A stretch of 64,000 nucleotides of DNA from an uncultured Lutibacter sp. (GCF_937891065.1 NZ_CALAEQ010000049.1:2569-66568), one strand, 5' to 3'; numbered from the stretch's first letter, positions 1 through 10,413 are shown. Numbers and translations: made by a program. The notes: a model not told the origin generated them from the letters alone.

Positions 1-69
1 CACTTTTGCAGTCGTAGCATAATTTTTTAACCAATCAACAATATAATCAACAACTTTTTCTGTATTCAT
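1..69 (-). CDS. nadE: NAD+ synthetase, N-terminal fragment running off the window start
   Basis: The reverse strand has ATG at 69-67, then MNTEKVVDYIVDWLKNYATTAKV. This resembles NAD synthetase N-termini. Only 23 codons are visible. Confidence 0.4.
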   Translation of the reverse strand, partial: MNTEKVVDYIVDWLKNYATTAKV

Positions 70-129
70 ACTTAAACTTTTTTAGTAATTTTAGCGTTTT
101 AAAAAATAGAATTGTAAATATAGAAATTA

Positions 130-1080
130 ATGAAGAGATTAGTTGTTCTGGTAATTATTTTATTAGTGATAGTTTCCTGTAAAAATAAAGCTGCGAAAAA
201 AGTGGATGTTTCTGGTATTAAAGTCACTTTTTCTATTGATAGGTTTGAGCAAAAATTTTATAAAGCGAATGAGAAAACGCTTCCAGCTGTTAAAAATCAA
301 TATCCTTATTTATTTCCACCTCAAAATGATAGCATTTGGTTGAATAAAATTATAAATGAGGCTGAATTATTTCAAAAATCTCAAGAAGTTTTTAAGGATT
401 TTGAATCAGAAAAATTGCAAATAGAAGATTTGTTTAAACATGTAAAATATTATCATGCCAATTTTGAATCGCCTAAAATTGTAACGTTAATAACAAATTT
501 AGATTACGAAAATAAAGTGGTTTATGCGGATAGTTTGTTATTTGTTTCTTTAGATATGTATTTGGGCAAAGACAGTGACGTTTATCAAGATTTTCCGTTG
601 TATATAGCTCAGAATTTTGATAAATCACATTTAGTGGTGGATATTGCTAAAAGTATTAGTGAACGTTATTTTATTACCAATAAAAGCCGTCAGTTTATTG
701 ATTTAATGATTAATGAGGGAAAGAAGATGTATCTAATTGATAGTTATTTACCTTCAGTTTCTGATGCTCAAAAAATGGGTTATGCTGTTGAAAAATTAGA
801 TTGGGTTGAGGCCAACGAATCTCAATTGTGGAAATACTTTATTGAAAATAAATTGCTGTATAGTACAAATTCAAATTTATACACTCGTTTTATAGCAAAT
901 GCTCCCTTTTCAAAATTTTATATTGATATAGATAAGGAGTCGCCAGGTAGCGTTGGCGTTTATATTGGTTGGCAAATTGTACGTTCTTATATGAATAATA
1001 ATGATGTAACTTTGCAGCAACTTTTACAAACAAATACGGAAGAAATTTTTAAAAAGTCAAAATATAAACCAAAGAAATAA
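130..1080 (+). CDS. gldB: gliding motility lipoprotein GldB
   Basis: 316 aa with a lipoprotein signal (LVIVSC lipobox). Size matches Flavobacterium GldB, and it directly abuts a GldC-like ORF. Confidence 0.75.
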   Translation: MKRLVVLVIILLVIVSCKNKAAKKVDVSGIKVTFSIDRFEQKFYKANEKTLPAVKNQYPYLFPPQNDSIWLNKIINEAELFQKSQEVFKDFESEKLQIEDLFKHVKYYHANFESPKIVTLITNLDYENKVVYADSLLFVSLDMYLGKDSDVYQDFPLYIAQNFDKSHLVVDIAKSISERYFITNKSRQFIDLMINEGKKMYLIDSYLPSVSDAQKMGYAVEKLDWVEANESQLWKYFIENKLLYSTNSNLYTRFIANAPFSKFYIDIDKESPGSVGVYIGWQIVRSYMNNNDVTLQQLLQTNTEEIFKKSKYKPKK

Positions 1081-1418
1081 TGGCAATAAAAAACACATCA
1101 AAAATTGAAATTACTGTAGGATTAGATGAAAATAAAATTCCTGAAAAATTACATTGGACAGCTCAAGATAGTGATATTATTAACCAAGAGGCTAAAGCTG
1201 TAATACTGGCTGTTTGGGATGAAAAAACAAATGATACACTTCGTATGGATTTGTGGACAAAAGAGATGCAAATTGATGAAATGAAACAGTTTTTTCATCA
1301 AACATTAGTGTCTATGGCAAATACTTTTGAGCGTGCAACTAACGATACTAAAATGACCGCAACTATGAAAGATTTTTGTGATTATTTTGCTGAAAAATTA
1401 GAGTTGAAAAAGAAGTAA
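1080..1418 (+). CDS. gldC: gliding motility-associated protein GldC
   Basis: 112 aa. The N-terminus (IEITVGLDENKIPEKLHWTAQDS) resembles GldC. Its start overlaps the gldB stop (ATAATG). Confidence 0.75.
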   Translation: MAIKNTSKIEITVGLDENKIPEKLHWTAQDSDIINQEAKAVILAVWDEKTNDTLRMDLWTKEMQIDEMKQFFHQTLVSMANTFERATNDTKMTATMKDFCDYFAEKLELKKK

Positions 1419-1430
1419 TTGTTTTCAAAC

Positions 1431-1505
1431 TGTCACACTGAGTGTGTCGAAGTGTTTTTTAAATAGTAATTACTATAAAAGGTCTTCGATAAGCTCAGAC
1501 AGACA
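1431..1505. repeat. Inverted pair of the 25-nt intergenic repeat family, between convergent genes
   Basis: tgtcacactgagtgtgtcgaagtgt at 1431-1455, with a reverse-complement copy cttcgataagctcagacagaca at 1484-1505. Together they can form a long hairpin. Confidence 0.7.
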
Positions 1506-1515
1506 ATAAAAGAAT

Positions 1516-2643
1516 CTATTCTACATTCTTAATAAGGTCAATAATTTCTTTGTAATCTTCAGGATTGTTTAAAAAATCTTTGTTAGAAACATCAATGATT
1601 AAAGTTTTTAAATTTTCTTCAGTTTTAATAAAAGTTGAATAACCACGGTGAATTTTATCTAAATATTCTGGAGCAATATTTTGTTCGTAATTTCTACCAC
1701 GTTTCTTTATATTTTCTAATAAACGAGGAGTTTCTTGATACAGGTAAATGTACAAATCGGGTTTTGAAATTTCTTTATACATAATGTCAAACATTTTCCG
1801 ATATAAAAAATATTCTTCTTTTTGTAAAGTAACTTGAGCGAAAATTAATGATTTAAAAATGTAATAATCAGAAACGATAAAATTTTTAAATAAATCAAAT
1901 TGTGCTAAATCATCTGAAAGTTGTTGATATCTGTCTGCTAAAAAACTCATTTCTAAAGGAAATGCATAGCGTTCATTATCTTCATAAAACTTAGGTAAAA
2001 ACGGATTGTCAGCAAAACGCTCTAAAATAACTTTTGCATTAAAATCCTCAGCAATCATATTAGTTAACGTTGTTTTCCCAGCGCCAATATTTCCTTCAAT
2101 AGCAATATAATTGAACTTTTCAGACAAGCAAATAGGTCTTTTTAACTTTAAATTCGTGTTTTCAATTTCGCTTTTGTCAATACAATTTGTAAGACAAACC
2201 TGTAAGCGTTGTTTTTCAATGGGATGAATTAAATTTGGAGCAATTTCAGCTAAAGGAACCATTACAAATTTTCGGTTTAGCATCTCTTTATGAGGAACAA
2301 TTAATTCTTTTGAAAAAATTATTTCATTTTCAAAAAGTAACACATCAATATCTATGGTTCGGGCTTTATATTGCTTTTCTGAAGTTCTCTTTCTTCCTAA
2401 AAAAAGTTCAATTTTATGAATTTCTTTTATTAAATTTTCAGGATTCAAACCTGTTGAAACTTGCACGCAAATATTATAAAAATCTTCACTGTCAAAACCC
2501 CAAGAAGCCGTTTTGTAAATCGAAGAAATTTTAGCAACTGAGCCAATTTTTTCATCAATTAAATCAATGGCTTGTTGTAAATTTTCAAGCTTGTTTCCTA
2601 GGTTGCTTCCTAATGATAAATATGTAGTTCTCGCTATATGCAT
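1516..2643 (-). CDS. folK: Fusion protein: 6-hydroxymethyl-7,8-dihydropterin pyrophosphokinase (HPPK) N-terminal domain plus deoxynucleoside kinase C-terminal domain
   Basis: The N-terminus (YLSLGSNLGNK...IDIDVLLF...LIVPH) is HPPK-like. The C-terminal half has a P-loop (IAIEGNIGAGKTTL) and a dNK-like body. It is a single 375-aa ORF. Confidence 0.75.
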   Translation of the reverse strand: MHIARTTYLSLGSNLGNKLENLQQAIDLIDEKIGSVAKISSIYKTASWGFDSEDFYNICVQVSTGLNPENLIKEIHKIELFLGRKRTSEKQYKARTIDIDVLLFENEIIFSKELIVPHKEMLNRKFVMVPLAEIAPNLIHPIEKQRLQVCLTNCIDKSEIENTNLKLKRPICLSEKFNYIAIEGNIGAGKTTLTNMIAEDFNAKVILERFADNPFLPKFYEDNERYAFPLEMSFLADRYQQLSDDLAQFDLFKNFIVSDYYIFKSLIFAQVTLQKEEYFLYRKMFDIMYKEISKPDLYIYLYQETPRLLENIKKRGRNYEQNIAPEYLDKIHRGYSTFIKTEENLKTLIIDVSNKDFLNNPEDYKEIIDLIKNVE

Positions 2644-2683
2644 AAAGTAAATACAAAGAAAAGAAAAGTATCATTTAAATACA

Positions 2684-2691
2684 TATATTTG
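2684..2691 (+). promoter_or_regulatory. Bacteroidota -7 promoter box (TATATTTG) for sppA
   Basis: Exact TAnnTTTG match about 58 nt upstream of the ATG at 2749. Confidence 0.4.
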
Positions 2692-2748
2692 TGACTCAAC
2701 TTATAAACATTTTGTAATTTTTTAAATTATAAATTCAACTTTTTAATT

Positions 2749-4515
2749 ATGAACTTTTTAAGAAATTTATTAGCATCAATTTTAGGAACATTTATAGTTT
2801 TTGGGATAATTTTAATCTTATTCTTTGCAATTATTTCAGTAATGGCTTCATCAGTTGGAGACCTTAAGGCGGTAGATTTAAAAAGTAATTCAGTTTTAGA
2901 GTTAAAATTGGAGGCTTTAGTTAAAGACTATGCTCCAAAAAGTGATGACCCATTTGATAAAATTTTCGGTTTTGAGGACGATAAAATTGGCTTAAATGCA
3001 ATTTTAAACGCCATTGAAAATGCGAAAGATGATGAAAACATAAAAGGAATAAGTATCACAACTTTAGGTGTAAATGCTGGGATTGCACAAACACAAGCTA
3101 TTAGAAATAAATTATTAGAATTTAAAGAATCAGGAAAATTTATAAAAGCATATGCGGATATTTATGATCAAAAATCGTATTATTTTAGTTCGGTAGCAGA
3201 TTCTATTTTTTTGAATCCTGTTGGCGCAATTGATTTTAAAGGTTTGTCTTCGGAAATATTATTTTATAAAGATTTAGAAGATAAATCGGGTGTAAAAATG
3301 GAAGTAATTAGACACGGGAAATATAAAAGTGCTGTTGAACCATTTTTATACAATGAAATGAGTGATGATAACAGAAATCAAATTACAATATTTTTAAAGT
3401 CTATTTGGGATGAAATGCTTGCTGAAATTTCTAATAGTAGAAATTTAACTGTTGAAGAATTAAATTTGGTTGCTGATAATTTGTTAGCAAGAAATGCAAA
3501 CTTAGCTATTGAAAATAAAATAATTGATGGCGCAATTTATGTTGATGAGTATACTAATAAATTGAAAATTGCCTCTGGGATTTCTATAGATGAAGATTTA
3601 AATAAAATTTCAATTTCAGATTATATTTCTATCGGAAAAGGAAGAATAATATCAACTGCTTCTGATAAAATAGCTGTTATTTATGCACAAGGCGAAATTA
3701 TTTATGGCAAAGGTGATGAAAATTTAATAGGTCAGGATTTAATTATAAAAGCTCTAAAAAAAGCTAGAAAAGATAAAAATGTAAAAGCGATAGTTTTAAG
3801 GGTGAACTCACCAGGAGGAAGTGCTTTAGCTTCAGAATTAATTTGGAGAGAATTAGAATTAACAAAAGAAACCTTACCATTGGTTGTATCAATGGGAAAT
3901 GTTGCAGCATCAGGTGGTTATTATTTGTCGTGTAATGCAGATAGAATTTTTGCTGAACCTACTACAATTACTGGCTCTATTGGTGTTTTTGGAGTGATTC
4001 CTAATTTAAGCAACTTGGCAAAAACAATAGGAATTAATGCAGAACAGGTAAGTACAAATACAGGAGCTAATTACAGTGTTTTTGAACCAATGACAGATGA
4101 ATTTAGATCTGTTACAACTGAAGGTGTTGAAGCAGTTTATACTACATTTTTAGAAAGGGTTTCTAAAGGTAGAAATATGTCAATTCAGGCTGTTGATAGT
4201 ATTGCTCAAGGTAGAGTTTGGAGTGGAGTAGATGCTTTAAACAATGGATTAGTTGATGAATTAGGAAATTTAGATGACGCTATTTTATATGCTGCAGAAT
4301 TGGCTGAAATAACAGATTTTAAAGTACGTAATTACCCAAGTTATAAAGTAGAATTAGAAGATAGATTTAACAATTTTCCTTTTATGAAAACGAAAGAAAA
4401 AGTTTTAATAGAAGAGCTAGGTGAAGCAAACTACAAAATATATCAAACCATAAAACAATTTTCTAAATTAAAAGGAGTTCAAGCTAGAATGCCTTATTTG
4501 ATAGATATTCAGTAA
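2749..4515 (+). CDS. sppA: signal peptide peptidase SppA, 67K type
   Basis: 588 aa with an N-terminal TM segment, duplicated ClpP-like domains and the GNVAASGGYY motif. Confidence 0.85.
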   Translation: MNFLRNLLASILGTFIVFGIILILFFAIISVMASSVGDLKAVDLKSNSVLELKLEALVKDYAPKSDDPFDKIFGFEDDKIGLNAILNAIENAKDDENIKGISITTLGVNAGIAQTQAIRNKLLEFKESGKFIKAYADIYDQKSYYFSSVADSIFLNPVGAIDFKGLSSEILFYKDLEDKSGVKMEVIRHGKYKSAVEPFLYNEMSDDNRNQITIFLKSIWDEMLAEISNSRNLTVEELNLVADNLLARNANLAIENKIIDGAIYVDEYTNKLKIASGISIDEDLNKISISDYISIGKGRIISTASDKIAVIYAQGEIIYGKGDENLIGQDLIIKALKKARKDKNVKAIVLRVNSPGGSALASELIWRELELTKETLPLVVSMGNVAASGGYYLSCNADRIFAEPTTITGSIGVFGVIPNLSNLAKTIGINAEQVSTNTGANYSVFEPMTDEFRSVTTEGVEAVYTTFLERVSKGRNMSIQAVDSIAQGRVWSGVDALNNGLVDELGNLDDAILYAAELAEITDFKVRNYPSYKVELEDRFNNFPFMKTKEKVLIEELGEANYKIYQTIKQFSKLKGVQARMPYLIDIQ

Positions 4516-4531
4516 CTAATTTGAATGTTGG

Positions 4532-5410
4532 TTATTTTTGTTCAACCAATTGTTTCATTTCGTTTCTATATTTTAAAGGACTTTTTCCTGTAAACTTTTT
4601 GAATAATTTATTGAAGTGAGAAAAATTATTAAAACCACTTTCAAAACAAATATCAGTAATACTGGTTGGGTTTTCAGCTAATAATTTTGTTGCGTGTACT
4701 ATTCTAAACTCATTCACAAATTGAGTAAATGTTTTTCCTGTTGATTTTTTAAAATACCTACAAAATGCAGGAACTGTCATGCTTACTTTATCTGCAATTT
4801 CATTTAAAGGTATTGGTTGTTTAAAGTTTTTATTCACATGTCCAAAAATAATATCTATCTTTTTATTGTCCTGTGGTTCTATTTCAAAGGCAAAACCATC
4901 AACATTAAGTAAAGAATAATTTTTAGATGACGCTAAATCTTTTAGTATTTCTAGAAAATAAATAACCCGTTCTAATCCTTCCTTATTTAGTAAGTTTTCA
5001 ATTTTATGTCCAACTATATCTTTTGTATCTCTTTCGAAAAGAATCCCTTTTTTTGCTCTTTCAAATAAGGTTTTAATTAATTTTGCTTCAGGAATTTTTA
5101 AAAAATCATTTCCTAAAAAATCTTCTTTAAATTGGATAATGGTTTCTGATCCGTTAGTGGTAAATCTATCAGTAAAACCACTATGAGGCAAACTTGCACC
5201 AATTAAAATTAACTGACTATTGTCAAAATATGACAAATGACTACCAATATGCCTTTTCCCTTTTGCATTATTTATATAAACTAATTCAAGCTCAGGATGA
5301 AAATGCCAAGTAGGTAATTTGTTTTCAACCATTTTAGTATGTTGCTTTACTCGCATAGAAGTTCCAAACTCTGGAATTATCTTTTCAAATGAAGGCTTTG
5401 TGTTTTTCAT
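4532..5410 (-). CDS. AraC family transcriptional regulator
   Basis: Cupin-like N-terminal half. The C-terminal HTH_18 signature is FCRYFKK...GFNNFSHFNKLFKKFTGKSP. Confidence 0.8.
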   Translation of the reverse strand: MKNTKPSFEKIIPEFGTSMRVKQHTKMVENKLPTWHFHPELELVYINNAKGKRHIGSHLSYFDNSQLILIGASLPHSGFTDRFTTNGSETIIQFKEDFLGNDFLKIPEAKLIKTLFERAKKGILFERDTKDIVGHKIENLLNKEGLERVIYFLEILKDLASSKNYSLLNVDGFAFEIEPQDNKKIDIIFGHVNKNFKQPIPLNEIADKVSMTVPAFCRYFKKSTGKTFTQFVNEFRIVHATKLLAENPTSITDICFESGFNNFSHFNKLFKKFTGKSPLKYRNEMKQLVEQK

Positions 5411-5623
5411 GTCAAATTTGTTTATCCAAAAGTAGGTATTAAAATTTCAGATTTTAGATGTTTATTTCGCTTCTTTATGTGCTATTTTAACCTTAATTAC
5501 AACATTGTTTATTTTTAAACTATTTTTTATGTTAATATAACATATAAATATGAAAAATTAGAAACTATTTTCTTGAAAGATTGTGTCTAATTTTGTCTTG
5601 TCTAATTATTAAAATAGAAAATT

Positions 5624-6226
5624 ATGAAAAATTTATTTAAAAGAAGTTTACAAGTAGTAGTCTTATTTACATTGCTAGGAAGTAATGCAATGAGCAATGA
5701 TAATAACCCGAGCAATAATCTTATTGTTGTAAATGGTAAGTTAGTTGATATAACGTTAAAATATAATGATGGAGATTTAAAGATTAACATTAATGATAGT
5801 TTTGGGTATGTTTTGTATAATGATATTTATAAAGGAGCAAGTTTTACTAGAAAATTTGATTTAACATCTTTACCGAATGGAAGTTATTATTTTGAAATTG
5901 AAGGGCAAACAAGAATTAGTAGGATTCCTTTTAATGTAAATTCAACCAATGTTGATTTTCTAAAAGATGAAGAGTCAGTTTTCTTTAAACCGATTGTTAG
6001 AATGCAAGACAATACTATTTTGATTTCAAAAATAACTTTAAATAATGAAAAATTAAATTTAGAGCTTTATGATGAAGATTTAAATTTGTTATACACTGAA
6101 GAATTAGTAGGTGATATTCAATTACAAAGAGGTCTTAATATTTCAAAACTTATGGTTGGTGAATACAAATTAGTGATGAACAGTGAAAAGAGAAAATTTG
6201 AACAAAAAGTGAAAAAGAGAAAGTAA
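5624..6226 (+). CDS. hypothetical secreted protein with two beta-sandwich-like repeats
   Basis: Has a signal peptide. Two segments, LPNGSYYFEIEG and MVGEYKLVMNS, are reminiscent of T9SS-CTD/Ig-like folds. No family could be assigned. Confidence 0.5.
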   Translation: MKNLFKRSLQVVVLFTLLGSNAMSNDNNPSNNLIVVNGKLVDITLKYNDGDLKININDSFGYVLYNDIYKGASFTRKFDLTSLPNGSYYFEIEGQTRISRIPFNVNSTNVDFLKDEESVFFKPIVRMQDNTILISKITLNNEKLNLELYDEDLNLLYTEELVGDIQLQRGLNISKLMVGEYKLVMNSEKRKFEQKVKKRK

Positions 6227-6247
6227 TATTTTAATTAAGTTAAGTTT

Positions 6248-6282
6248 AAAAGGAGGTTTTATTCACAAAGCCTCCTTTTTTT
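6248..6282 (+). terminator. intrinsic terminator
   Basis: aaaggagg...cctccttt stem followed by a T-run, just after the stop at 6226. Confidence 0.55.
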
Positions 6283-6763
6283 AGTTTCTAATATATGTTA
6301 CAAAACTATAATCATATTTGTTTTTTTCATCTGCTTTAAAATCTTCTCTTAAAATTTCTTTCCAAACGGTTGTATCTATTTTTGGAAAAAAAGCATCTGC
6401 TTCAAATTGATGATGCACAAAAGTTAAGTCTAATTTATCTGCAATTTCAATGGCTTGGGTGTAAATTTCTGCTCCACCTAAAATATAAGGATTTTCGTCA
6501 TCTTTTGAAGCTTCTATAGCTTGCTGTAAAGAGTTTACAATAATACAGCCTTCTGCTTTAAAATTACTATTGCGTGTAATAATAATATTGGTTCTGTTTG
6601 GTAATGGTTTTCCTAATGATTCAAACGTTTTTCGGCCCATAATCACATGGTGATTAGAAGTTACTTTTTTAAACCGTTTTAAATCTACTGGTAAATACCA
6701 AATTAATTGATTGTCTTTTCCTAGTGCATTTTTTTCAGCTATCGCAGCTATAATTGTTATCAT
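6281..6763 (-). CDS. folA: dihydrofolate reductase
   Basis: 160 aa with MITIIAAIAEKNALGKDNQLIW, VIMGRKTFESLG and LGGAEIY motifs. Confidence 0.9.
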   Translation of the reverse strand: MITIIAAIAEKNALGKDNQLIWYLPVDLKRFKKVTSNHHVIMGRKTFESLGKPLPNRTNIIITRNSNFKAEGCIIVNSLQQAIEASKDDENPYILGGAEIYTQAIEIADKLDLTFVHHQFEADAFFPKIDTTVWKEILREDFKADEKNKYDYSFVTYIRN

Positions 6764-7161
6764 TTTTTTGTTGAATTGTTTTGGGAGTTTTTTTTTAATT
6801 CGGAAGCATATTGTTCACTTTCGGTTTTTAGTTTTGCTTCTTGGATTATTTCTTTTTCTAATTGAGCTATTTTAACTTCTTGTTTTAATACTAATCTATC
6901 AGTTTGTTTACGTTCCCAATCTCTTCCCATAAAACGATTGGTAATAAAAACGTTGATAAAATGTAATATAAAAAAGAACAACCATAAAAGGATTGCCCAA
7001 ATAAACCAATTAGTAAAAAGAGACTCGTCAATTTTTAAATACTTGTTAAGGAAAATTAAATAGATAGAGCCAACTACAAATACGATAAAATGAAAATACA
7101 AACGTTTTTTTTGTTTTACACGATATCGTGCATTTTCATATAATTCATGTTGTTCATTCAT
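6760..7161 (-). CDS. 2TM domain-containing membrane protein
   Basis: 133 aa with two hydrophobic helices and a charged coiled tail. It overlaps the folA start by 4 nt. Confidence 0.6.
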   Translation of the reverse strand: MNEQHELYENARYRVKQKKRLYFHFIVFVVGSIYLIFLNKYLKIDESLFTNWFIWAILLWLFFFILHFINVFITNRFMGRDWERKQTDRLVLKQEVKIAQLEKEIIQEAKLKTESEQYASELKKNSQNNSTKK

Positions 7162-7172
7162 AGCATTAATTA

Positions 7173-7385
7173 TTACATACTTTTAACCCATTCTTTAATG
7201 TAACCACTAAAATCTTCGGTTTCATTCATTTCTTGATTTTGTAAATTTTCATGAGCAAAATTCAAAAATTTTAAAATATTTTCATCAGAAGTGTTGAAAA
7301 TAAGTTCAAGAGATTTTAATAAGTTAACGTCATCAATTTCAATGATTCGTTTTATTATTTTATTTTTTAATTGTAGTGTGTCCAT
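7173..7385 (-). CDS. hypothetical small protein (70 aa)
   Basis: ORF packed tightly between thyA and the 2TM gene on the same strand. No recognisable motif. Confidence 0.4.
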   Translation of the reverse strand: MDTLQLKNKIIKRIIEIDDVNLLKSLELIFNTSDENILKFLNFAHENLQNQEMNETEDFSGYIKEWVKSM

Positions 7386-7505
7386 TATTAATTCTTTTTG
7401 ATAGCTATAAAATTATTAAATGATTTTCGATTAATGCATTAAAAATATCTTAATATTTTAGTAAACGAGCTATTTTAGCTTTCAGTATATAATTATTATG
7501 AATTA

Positions 7506-8330
7506 TTAAACGGAAACGCGACCTTTAATATGCGGATGTGGATTGTAACTTGTTAATGTGAAATCTTCAAATGTAAAATCAAATATATTTTTTATGGAAG
7601 GATTTATTTCAATTTTTGGTAATTCTTTAGGTTCTCTAGATAATTGTAAATCAATTTGTTCACTGTGGTTGTTGTAAATGTGTGCATCACCAAACGTATG
7701 AATAAAATCACCAGGCTTTAAATCACAAACTTGAGCCATCATCATAGTAAATAAAGCGTAAGATGCAATATTAAAAGGAACTCCTAAAAAAATATCGGCA
7801 CTACGTTGGTATAATTGACATGATAACTTTCCATCAGTTACATAGAATTGAAAAAAAGCGTGACAAGGAGGTAAAGCTGCTTTTCCATTTGCAACATTTT
7901 CTGAAAATGATAAAGATGTATCTGGTAAAACACTTGGATTCCAAGCGGAAATTAACATTCTTCTACTATCTGGATTTGTTTTAATAGTTTCTATTACTTC
8001 TGTAATTTGATCTATTCCTTCACTATTCCAATTTCGCCATTGGTGTCCGTAAACAGGTCCTAAATCACCATTTTCATCAGCCCAAGCATCCCAAATTTTT
8101 ACATTATTTTCTTTTAAATATTCAATATTGGTATCGCCTTTTAAAAACCATAGCAACTCATAAATAATAGATTTTAAATGTAGTTTTTTAGTAGTTAACA
8201 TTGGAAATCCTTCACTTAAATCAAAACGCATTTGATATCCAAAAACACTTTTAGTTCCAGTACCAGTTCTATCTTCTTTTACAATTCCGTTATCACGAAC
8301 GTGTTTTATTAAGTCTAAATATTGTTTCAT
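7506..8330 (-). CDS. thyA: thymidylate synthase
   Basis: 274 aa with DRTGTGT, LPPCH and QRSAD motifs. Confidence 0.95.
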   Translation of the reverse strand: MKQYLDLIKHVRDNGIVKEDRTGTGTKSVFGYQMRFDLSEGFPMLTTKKLHLKSIIYELLWFLKGDTNIEYLKENNVKIWDAWADENGDLGPVYGHQWRNWNSEGIDQITEVIETIKTNPDSRRMLISAWNPSVLPDTSLSFSENVANGKAALPPCHAFFQFYVTDGKLSCQLYQRSADIFLGVPFNIASYALFTMMMAQVCDLKPGDFIHTFGDAHIYNNHSEQIDLQLSREPKELPKIEINPSIKNIFDFTFEDFTLTSYNPHPHIKGRVSV

Positions 8331-8401
8331 GTTGTTGTTTATAAGTTTAATTGTTATAATGTTAATTTACACGATTCAACAATTAAACAATTACACCTTA
8401 A

Positions 8402-9796
8402 TTACCCTATAATCATCCCCGCAATTGTAGCTGATAATAATGAAGCTAAGGAACCACCAATTAGTGCTTTTATACCAAACTCTGATAATGTTTTACGTTG
8501 CCCTGGGGCTAAAGAACCAATACCTCCAATTTGTATACCAATTGAAGCGAAATTCGCAAAACCACATAGCATATAAGTTGCCATGATTACAGATTTACTA
8601 TAGGTAAAGTGAGTTAAGTTTGCTACATTTTTTAATTCAGCAAGTTGAATATATCCTACAAATTCGCTCGCAGCTAATTTAACTCCTAATAATTGTCCCA
8701 TTAACATCATATCTTCTTTAGCAACTCCAATTAACCACATAAGCGGAGCAAATATGGTTCCTAAAATAGATTCTAATGAGAATTTTTGATAAGGTGTATA
8801 AGTTGCCACCAAATCATTAAGGTTCGTAATATCACCAACCCAACCTAAGATACCATTTAACATGGCAATAATAGCAACAAAAACTAATAGCATAGCGGCA
8901 ACATTAGCAGCTAATTTTAAGCCTTCAGTTGTTCCGTTTGCAATTGCATCTAAAATATTTGATCCAATTTTATCTTGTGAAACTTTCACATCTGTATTAA
9001 TTTTTTCGGTTTGTGGGTACAACATTTTAGCAACCACAATAGCTCCAGGGGCAGCCATTACAGATGCGGCTAATAAATGTTTTGCATAATGTAAACGTAA
9101 AACAGGATCATTTCCACCTAAAAAACCAATATACGCAGCTAAAACACCACCAGCAACAGTTGCCATCCCACCAATCATTACTAATAATATTTCTGAACGA
9201 TTCATGCGTTCTAAATAAGCTTTAATCATTAAAGGAGCTTCTGTTTGTCCTAAAAATATATTTCCTGCAACAGATAAACCTTCAGCACCAGATATTTTCA
9301 ATAATTTAGTTAAAACTAATGCCATTCCTTTTACAACAATTTGGATAACTCCTAAATAAAATAATAAAGATGTTAATGCTGAAAAAAAGATAATTGTTGG
9401 TAAAATTTGAAAAACAAATATGAATCCATAAGATTCAATATTCATTAAACCTCCAAATAAAAATTCGCTTCCAGCCATTGTATAATCTAGAATATTAGTA
9501 AATATTCCTCCAACAAATTCAAAACCACTTTGTATAAAAGGTACTTTTATAACCCCAAAAGCAATAATTAACTGAGCTGTTAAACCTGCACCAACCGTTT
9601 TCCAATTGATAGCTTTTCTGTTGCTGCTAAATAAGTAAGCAATTAACAATAGTGAGACCATTCCTAAAACACCACGCCATAATGTTGTTATAGAAAACCC
9701 TTGATTTTCTATTAGTGATGTTTGAATTGTATCTTGTGCATTTGTTGAAATTAAACAGAAAAAGAATAGGGTGAATAAACTTAATTTTTTAATCAT
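8402..9796 (-). CDS. NupC/NupG-family concentrative nucleoside transporter
   Basis: 464-aa polytopic membrane protein. The C-terminal CGFANFASIGIQIGG motif is typical of CNT transporters. Confidence 0.8.
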   Translation of the reverse strand: MIKKLSLFTLFFFCLISTNAQDTIQTSLIENQGFSITTLWRGVLGMVSLLLIAYLFSSNRKAINWKTVGAGLTAQLIIAFGVIKVPFIQSGFEFVGGIFTNILDYTMAGSEFLFGGLMNIESYGFIFVFQILPTIIFFSALTSLLFYLGVIQIVVKGMALVLTKLLKISGAEGLSVAGNIFLGQTEAPLMIKAYLERMNRSEILLVMIGGMATVAGGVLAAYIGFLGGNDPVLRLHYAKHLLAASVMAAPGAIVVAKMLYPQTEKINTDVKVSQDKIGSNILDAIANGTTEGLKLAANVAAMLLVFVAIIAMLNGILGWVGDITNLNDLVATYTPYQKFSLESILGTIFAPLMWLIGVAKEDMMLMGQLLGVKLAASEFVGYIQLAELKNVANLTHFTYSKSVIMATYMLCGFANFASIGIQIGGIGSLAPGQRKTLSEFGIKALIGGSLASLLSATIAGMIIG

Positions 9797-9804
9797 ATTT
9801 TAAT

Positions 9805-10413
9805 TTATTTGGAAGTGCGTTTATTTATTTCGTCACGAAGAGTAGCAGCTAATTCATAATTTTCTTTTTGAATAGCCTCGTTTAATTTTTTATTTAATTG
9901 ATTAAGTGTGTCTTTAGAAAAAGAAGTTTCTTTTTTAACAGGTTCATCTATTAAATTTTCAAGACTTAAAGGATCTTCATCTGTTATTGATTCCTCTTTT
10001 ATTTTTAAATAGATTCCAGCTTTGTCTAGGATATTCTCGTAAGTAAAAATTGGAGCATTAAATCGTGTTGCTAATGCAATGGCATCAGAAGTTCGGGTAT
10101 CAATAATTTCTTCAATTTTATCGCGTTCACAAATTAAACTTGAATAAAAGACGCCATCAACTAGTTTGTGTATGATAACTTGTTTTATGATAATGTGAAA
10201 TCGATCAGCAAAAGTTTTAAAAAGGTCGTGAGTAAGAGGACGAGGTGGCTTAATTTCCTTTTCTAAAGCAATTGCTATTGATTGTGCTTCAAAAGCTCCA
10301 ATAACAATTGGTAACGTTCTGTTACCACCAACCTCACTAAGCACTAATGCATAAGCACCACTTTGTGTTTGACTGTATGATATGCCTTTAATATCTAGAC
10401 GAACTAAACTCAT
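9805..10413 (-). CDS. bifunctional nuclease family protein (DUF151) with C-terminal UVR motif
   Basis: The first ~140 aa are DUF151-like (PIVIGAFEAQSIA). The C-terminal YELAATLRDEI is a UvrB/C-type motif. Confidence 0.7.
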   Translation of the reverse strand: MSLVRLDIKGISYSQTQSGAYALVLSEVGGNRTLPIVIGAFEAQSIAIALEKEIKPPRPLTHDLFKTFADRFHIIIKQVIIHKLVDGVFYSSLICERDKIEEIIDTRTSDAIALATRFNAPIFTYENILDKAGIYLKIKEESITDEDPLSLENLIDEPVKKETSFSKDTLNQLNKKLNEAIQKENYELAATLRDEINKRTSK

